A stretch of DNA of 64,000 bases, from the NCBI GenBank assembly GCA_900546115.1, contig URBQ01000003.1, positions 22,415 through 86,414 of the forward strand, given 5' to 3'. Of this stretch, positions 61,219-64,000 are shown piece after piece. This DNA comes from an uncultured Collinsella sp. GTDB taxonomy: Bacteria > Actinomycetota > Coriobacteriia > Coriobacteriales > Coriobacteriaceae. The notes beneath the pieces were generated by a model. The model did no database searches. It saw only the letters and a program-made list of their open reading frames with translations, and was not told where the DNA came from. The stretch's first letter is position 1. Each line of letters starts with the position of its first letter. Both the position numbers and the translations under genes were made by a program.

Positions 61219-64000
61219 ATGAGCAGAGAAATCGAAATCAGGGACAAAATCACCAGACTCGATCCTGCTGGCTTTCAGAACCTTGCCCAGGAATTGCTTA
61301 CGCAATATTTTAAGTATGATAAGCCCGTGCACAGGGGGTCTGCCGCCCATTCGGCGGCAACCGCCCCTGGAACGCCGGACACAATCTGGCTTTTGCCCCA
61401 CAACAAATTCGCCTATCTCGAATGCGGCCATTATCTAGATAGAGCTGATGCGAAGAATAAAATCGAATTGGATATCGAGAAGTGCCTGGAGGCCGAAAGA
61501 GAAGAGCTCAATTCTGGGCAGCTTGTTAAGATAGTCATTGCGTATTCTTGCCGGAGGCTAGACAGTTCTGATCTCAACTATCTAAGAGGCATTGACGATC
61601 GCATTGATCTTGTGGGCACGGACGAGATGGCGTGCATGTTGGCCCGGCGGTACCCAAATCTTGCGAAAGAGCATCTGGGCATCGAGGCAGGTACTGGGCA
61701 AATTATGTCCCCGGATGAATTCGAATCCGCAGTTGAAAAGAATAGCTTCGCATCAACCCTGAAAGTCGATTTGCTTGGCAGGGATAAAGAGATCAACGAA
61801 CTTCTCGCCGCGCTCGATGAGAATCAGTTCGTCTTGGTGTATGGGCGTCCTGGATGCGGGAAGACCAAGCTTTGCGTAGAGGCTCTGCGCCAATTTTCGA
61901 ATGGCAGCGGCGCTTATCCTCTTGTCATTAAATCGAACAGGTTGCCAATCTGGAACGATTTGGCTAACGATGTACCCAAAGATGACCCTTCGTTAATTCT
62001 GCTCGACGACGCCAACGAGCTTTCAGACCTCGAAGGGTTTGCGGACTTCGTGTCTAACAGGGGTAATATCAAGGTTCTTATGACGGCAAGAAATTACGCG
62101 ATCGGGTTCGTTAAGAGCTCCGTTTCACAGTACTGCAAGCCTTACCTCTATGCAGTCAACCCGCTTGACGAGGAGACGGCCTTACATGTGGTCGAGAACG
62201 GATTTGGTATCGCGAAAGGGACAGCCTCTGCGGATATAATTCGCTTATCGAGGGGCAACATGCGCTTGGCCTTCGCGGCGGCCGAGGTTGCTAAGGAACG
62301 CGGGGACGAAGTATTCTCCACGATGCCAAGTCTTATAGAAGCTTGCTACGGAGATAAGGCTTCTCGTCTGGGCAGCGACTTCAAAAAAGCGGCGACGATC
62401 GTCTCGGTTTTGGATGCTCACAGGATAGAGGAGAATAAAGACCTGGATAACCTGCTTTCCAAGGTAGGGATTTCTCATGACAGATATGTCGATGCTTGCG
62501 CCGCCCTGTGCCACGACGAACTGGTGGATGCATGTCAGGATATGATGGCGGTAGCGCCGGGCGAACAGGTTTTGAGGGATTATTTGCTCTACCAGGCCTT
62601 CATCGCCGAGAAAAGTTTGTCTCTTTCCGACGTGGATGAGCTGGAGTGCGGCAATGCTCGATGCCCCGGTATTGTCGCCATCCTTGTAAACAATTTCTAC
62701 AGCGAAGAGCTTATTTCCTCCTTGAAATCGCAGCTGAACGACATTTGGGCGTTGGCGAACGGTAGGAAACGATGGAAAATGGTAAGCGATTACAATTTCC
62801 TCCTCGGTGAGAAGGGCCTTGAACATATTCTCGGGGCAATCGAAGACACCGAACCCGGAAACTACGATTACCTTGCCTGTAAATTCGACAAGGCTTCCGG
62901 ATTCTATTCGCAGAAATCTCGTATCCTCACATCGCTCGCGTTTTTTCTGCATGCCCCTCAATTCAGCGAGCCGGAAGAGCTGTTCTTTATGGCATTGGAG
63001 AAGAACATTTTGCCTCCACGGGAGGCGAAGGAGACACTCACAACGAGCATGTCCTTCAACGAGAACTCGTATTCGGACGGGTTTCGATACGAGAACGAGG
63101 TCCTTGAACGCCTTTCGTGCGAGTTTCGCAAAACAAAGGAGGATAGGTACGGGGTTTTGCTTGCCTATTATGTCGAGGCTTTACTGGCGGCAGTGTACGA
63201 GGGCCGGACGAGGATGGAGGGAAACAAAGTCACGTTCATCCATGGCAACCACCTCTACACCCAGGCGATGATCGAGTTGCGGAAGCGAGCGATCGCCTGC
63301 CTCAAAGAGCTCAGAGATTGTCATGAGCTGATCCGTCTCTGCGATTCGGTTATTACCGGGCTTCGGGGTATCGGCGGCGAGGACGGTGCCGGTCGGTTGT
63401 GGAAGGAGACCTTGGAGGAGGCGTATAAAGGATATATTTCCCGAATCGAGTCGATTGAGATTTGCAGCTTGCCTGGGTTTGTTCAACTGGAGAAAGAGCT
63501 CATTTCCCAAGGTATCATCGCCGAAGAGGGACTCCCGTTCCTCAATGTGTCGCCCAAGATGCGGATTGCAGCCCAAATCTTCTTAGACGACTCCCGCGGA
63601 CACGATGTCTCGGAGGAATTGATCGAGCTTATTCAAACGGCTGGCTCGTCAGAGCTATTGAAGGCGATCTCGATTGTGTGTTCTGCCGGCCGGCAAAGCT
63701 CAACTGGGATTCCATTCCCAATCCTGAGTGACGTCATGATTCTTGGTGCGGAGACTTTGACCGAATGCGCAGAGCCGATCATCCTCTCTGATGTTCCCTT
63801 GTATACAGTCCCGGACGATTTGCTCATTCGCTGGATTGACTTGCTCGGCATCGATCGGGTTCGCGGTCTTGCCTTGAAGCGACAGGAGAATGAGATTCCC
63901 GAATGGCTTAGTCGAATTGACGAAGCGCGGTTAAAGGAGTTCGGTGTCTGTCCAGAGCTGGCAAGGGATATCGAGGAAGGAGCCGACAAATACGGCGAAA
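61219..64000 (+). CDS. Large P-loop NTPase (STAND/AAA-like) with restriction-endonuclease-like N-terminal domain and long helical C-terminus; 3' end beyond window
   Basis: Hand translation shows + frame 1 open from the TAA at 61114-61116 to nt 64000. ATG 61219 follows GGAGGAG. Walker A YGRPGCGKTK (61843-61866), Walker B LILLDDANE, VLMTARN. N-terminus has LDPAGFQNLAQELL...GTPDTIWLL...AYLECGHY. It is not in the supplied track, which has no in-window stop for it. Confidence 0.75.
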   Translation, partial: MSREIEIRDKITRLDPAGFQNLAQELLTQYFKYDKPVHRGSAAHSAATAPGTPDTIWLLPHNKFAYLECGHYLDRADAKNKIELDIEKCLEAEREELNSGQLVKIVIAYSCRRLDSSDLNYLRGIDDRIDLVGTDEMACMLARRYPNLAKEHLGIEAGTGQIMSPDEFESAVEKNSFASTLKVDLLGRDKEINELLAALDENQFVLVYGRPGCGKTKLCVEALRQFSNGSGAYPLVIKSNRLPIWNDLANDVPKDDPSLILLDDANELSDLEGFADFVSNRGNIKVLMTARNYAIGFVKSSVSQYCKPYLYAVNPLDEETALHVVENGFGIAKGTASADIIRLSRGNMRLAFAAAEVAKERGDEVFSTMPSLIEACYGDKASRLGSDFKKAATIVSVLDAHRIEENKDLDNLLSKVGISHDRYVDACAALCHDELVDACQDMMAVAPGEQVLRDYLLYQAFIAEKSLSLSDVDELECGNARCPGIVAILVNNFYSEELISSLKSQLNDIWALANGRKRWKMVSDYNFLLGEKGLEHILGAIEDTEPGNYDYLACKFDKASGFYSQKSRILTSLAFFLHAPQFSEPEELFFMALEKNILPPREAKETLTTSMSFNENSYSDGFRYENEVLERLSCEFRKTKEDRYGVLLAYYVEALLAAVYEGRTRMEGNKVTFIHGNHLYTQAMIELRKRAIACLKELRDCHELIRLCDSVITGLRGIGGEDGAGRLWKETLEEAYKGYISRIESIEICSLPGFVQLEKELISQGIIAEEGLPFLNVSPKMRIAAQIFLDDSRGHDVSEELIELIQTAGSSELLKAISIVCSAGRQSSTGIPFPILSDVMILGAETLTECAEPIILSDVPLYTVPDDLLIRWIDLLGIDRVRGLALKRQENEIPEWLSRIDEARLKEFGVCPELARDIEEGADKYGE

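Noticed and set aside
60394-61431. 345-aa minus-strand ORF
   Set aside because: It is a composite. It runs antisense through the start of the large NTPase ORF, a terminator hairpin and ugd remnant 2. Part of it literally repeats the antisense translation of ugd remnant 1 (track ORF 56325-56660). Only its last ~75 codons are discussed as a junction question.
62245-63989. Minus-strand ORFs 62245-62961, 63181-63576 and 63633-63989, and + ORFs 62807-63271, 63386-63586 and 63462-63731
   Set aside because: All lie inside the continuous + frame-1 ORF (61219 to beyond 64000), which has Walker A/B motifs. Together they would leave the region fragmented and motif-less.

Overview
High-GC (roughly 60% by eye) Gram-positive-type chromosome segment. 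Gene content and order suggest a Coriobacteriia-like actinobacterium, but that is inference only. All calls come from reading the ORF translations and DNA by eye; no searches were run.

Layout:
(1) 1-8.5 kb: a very GC-rich late cobalamin / nucleotide-loop operon, cobT-cobU-cobS-(CobU-like/CobC fusion)-cbiB-cobD-cbiP-cobO-cbiC-cbiJ, with most junctions overlapping.
(2) 8.7-25.3 kb: a housekeeping block. It holds a MacAB-like efflux operon, an L,D-transpeptidase, sdaA, metK, gltX, priA-def-fmt-rsmB and a zinc-ribbon protein. Its intergenic regions carry unusually long, near-perfect palindromes.
(3) 25.4-38.5 kb: a minus-strand glycogen cluster, glgB-glgP-glgC-glgD-glgA plus a GH13-GH77 fusion. 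GlgA and GlgB both carry Lys/Ala/Thr-rich C-terminal tails.
(4) 38.8-40.4 kb: a HAD hydrolase, thiamine pyrophosphokinase and tRNA-Ala(GGC).
(5) 40.4-53.9 kb: a compositionally mosaic, mostly low-GC surface-polysaccharide locus. It runs NusG/LoaP-like antiterminator, two tandem phosphoglycosyl transferases (G10 and G8 tracts), a 6-deoxy-L-HexNAc pathway, glycosyltransferases, Wzy, Wzx and an SGNH hydrolase.
(6) 53.9-56.3 kb: gene remnants and orphan ORFs.
(7) 56.3-64 kb, the most interesting part: two diverged 3' fragments of ugd act as ~255-bp direct repeats around a ~3.9-kb low-GC cassette. The cassette has two orphan genes, 288 aa and 681 aa, the latter with an RNxxxH motif. After the second repeat comes an ORF of at least 927 codons that is absent from the supplied ORF track because it runs off the window. 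It combines a nuclease-like N-terminus, a P-loop NTPase and a long helical C-terminus, so it is a STAND/Avs-like defence candidate.

No CRISPR array, rRNA, transposase or integrase was seen.
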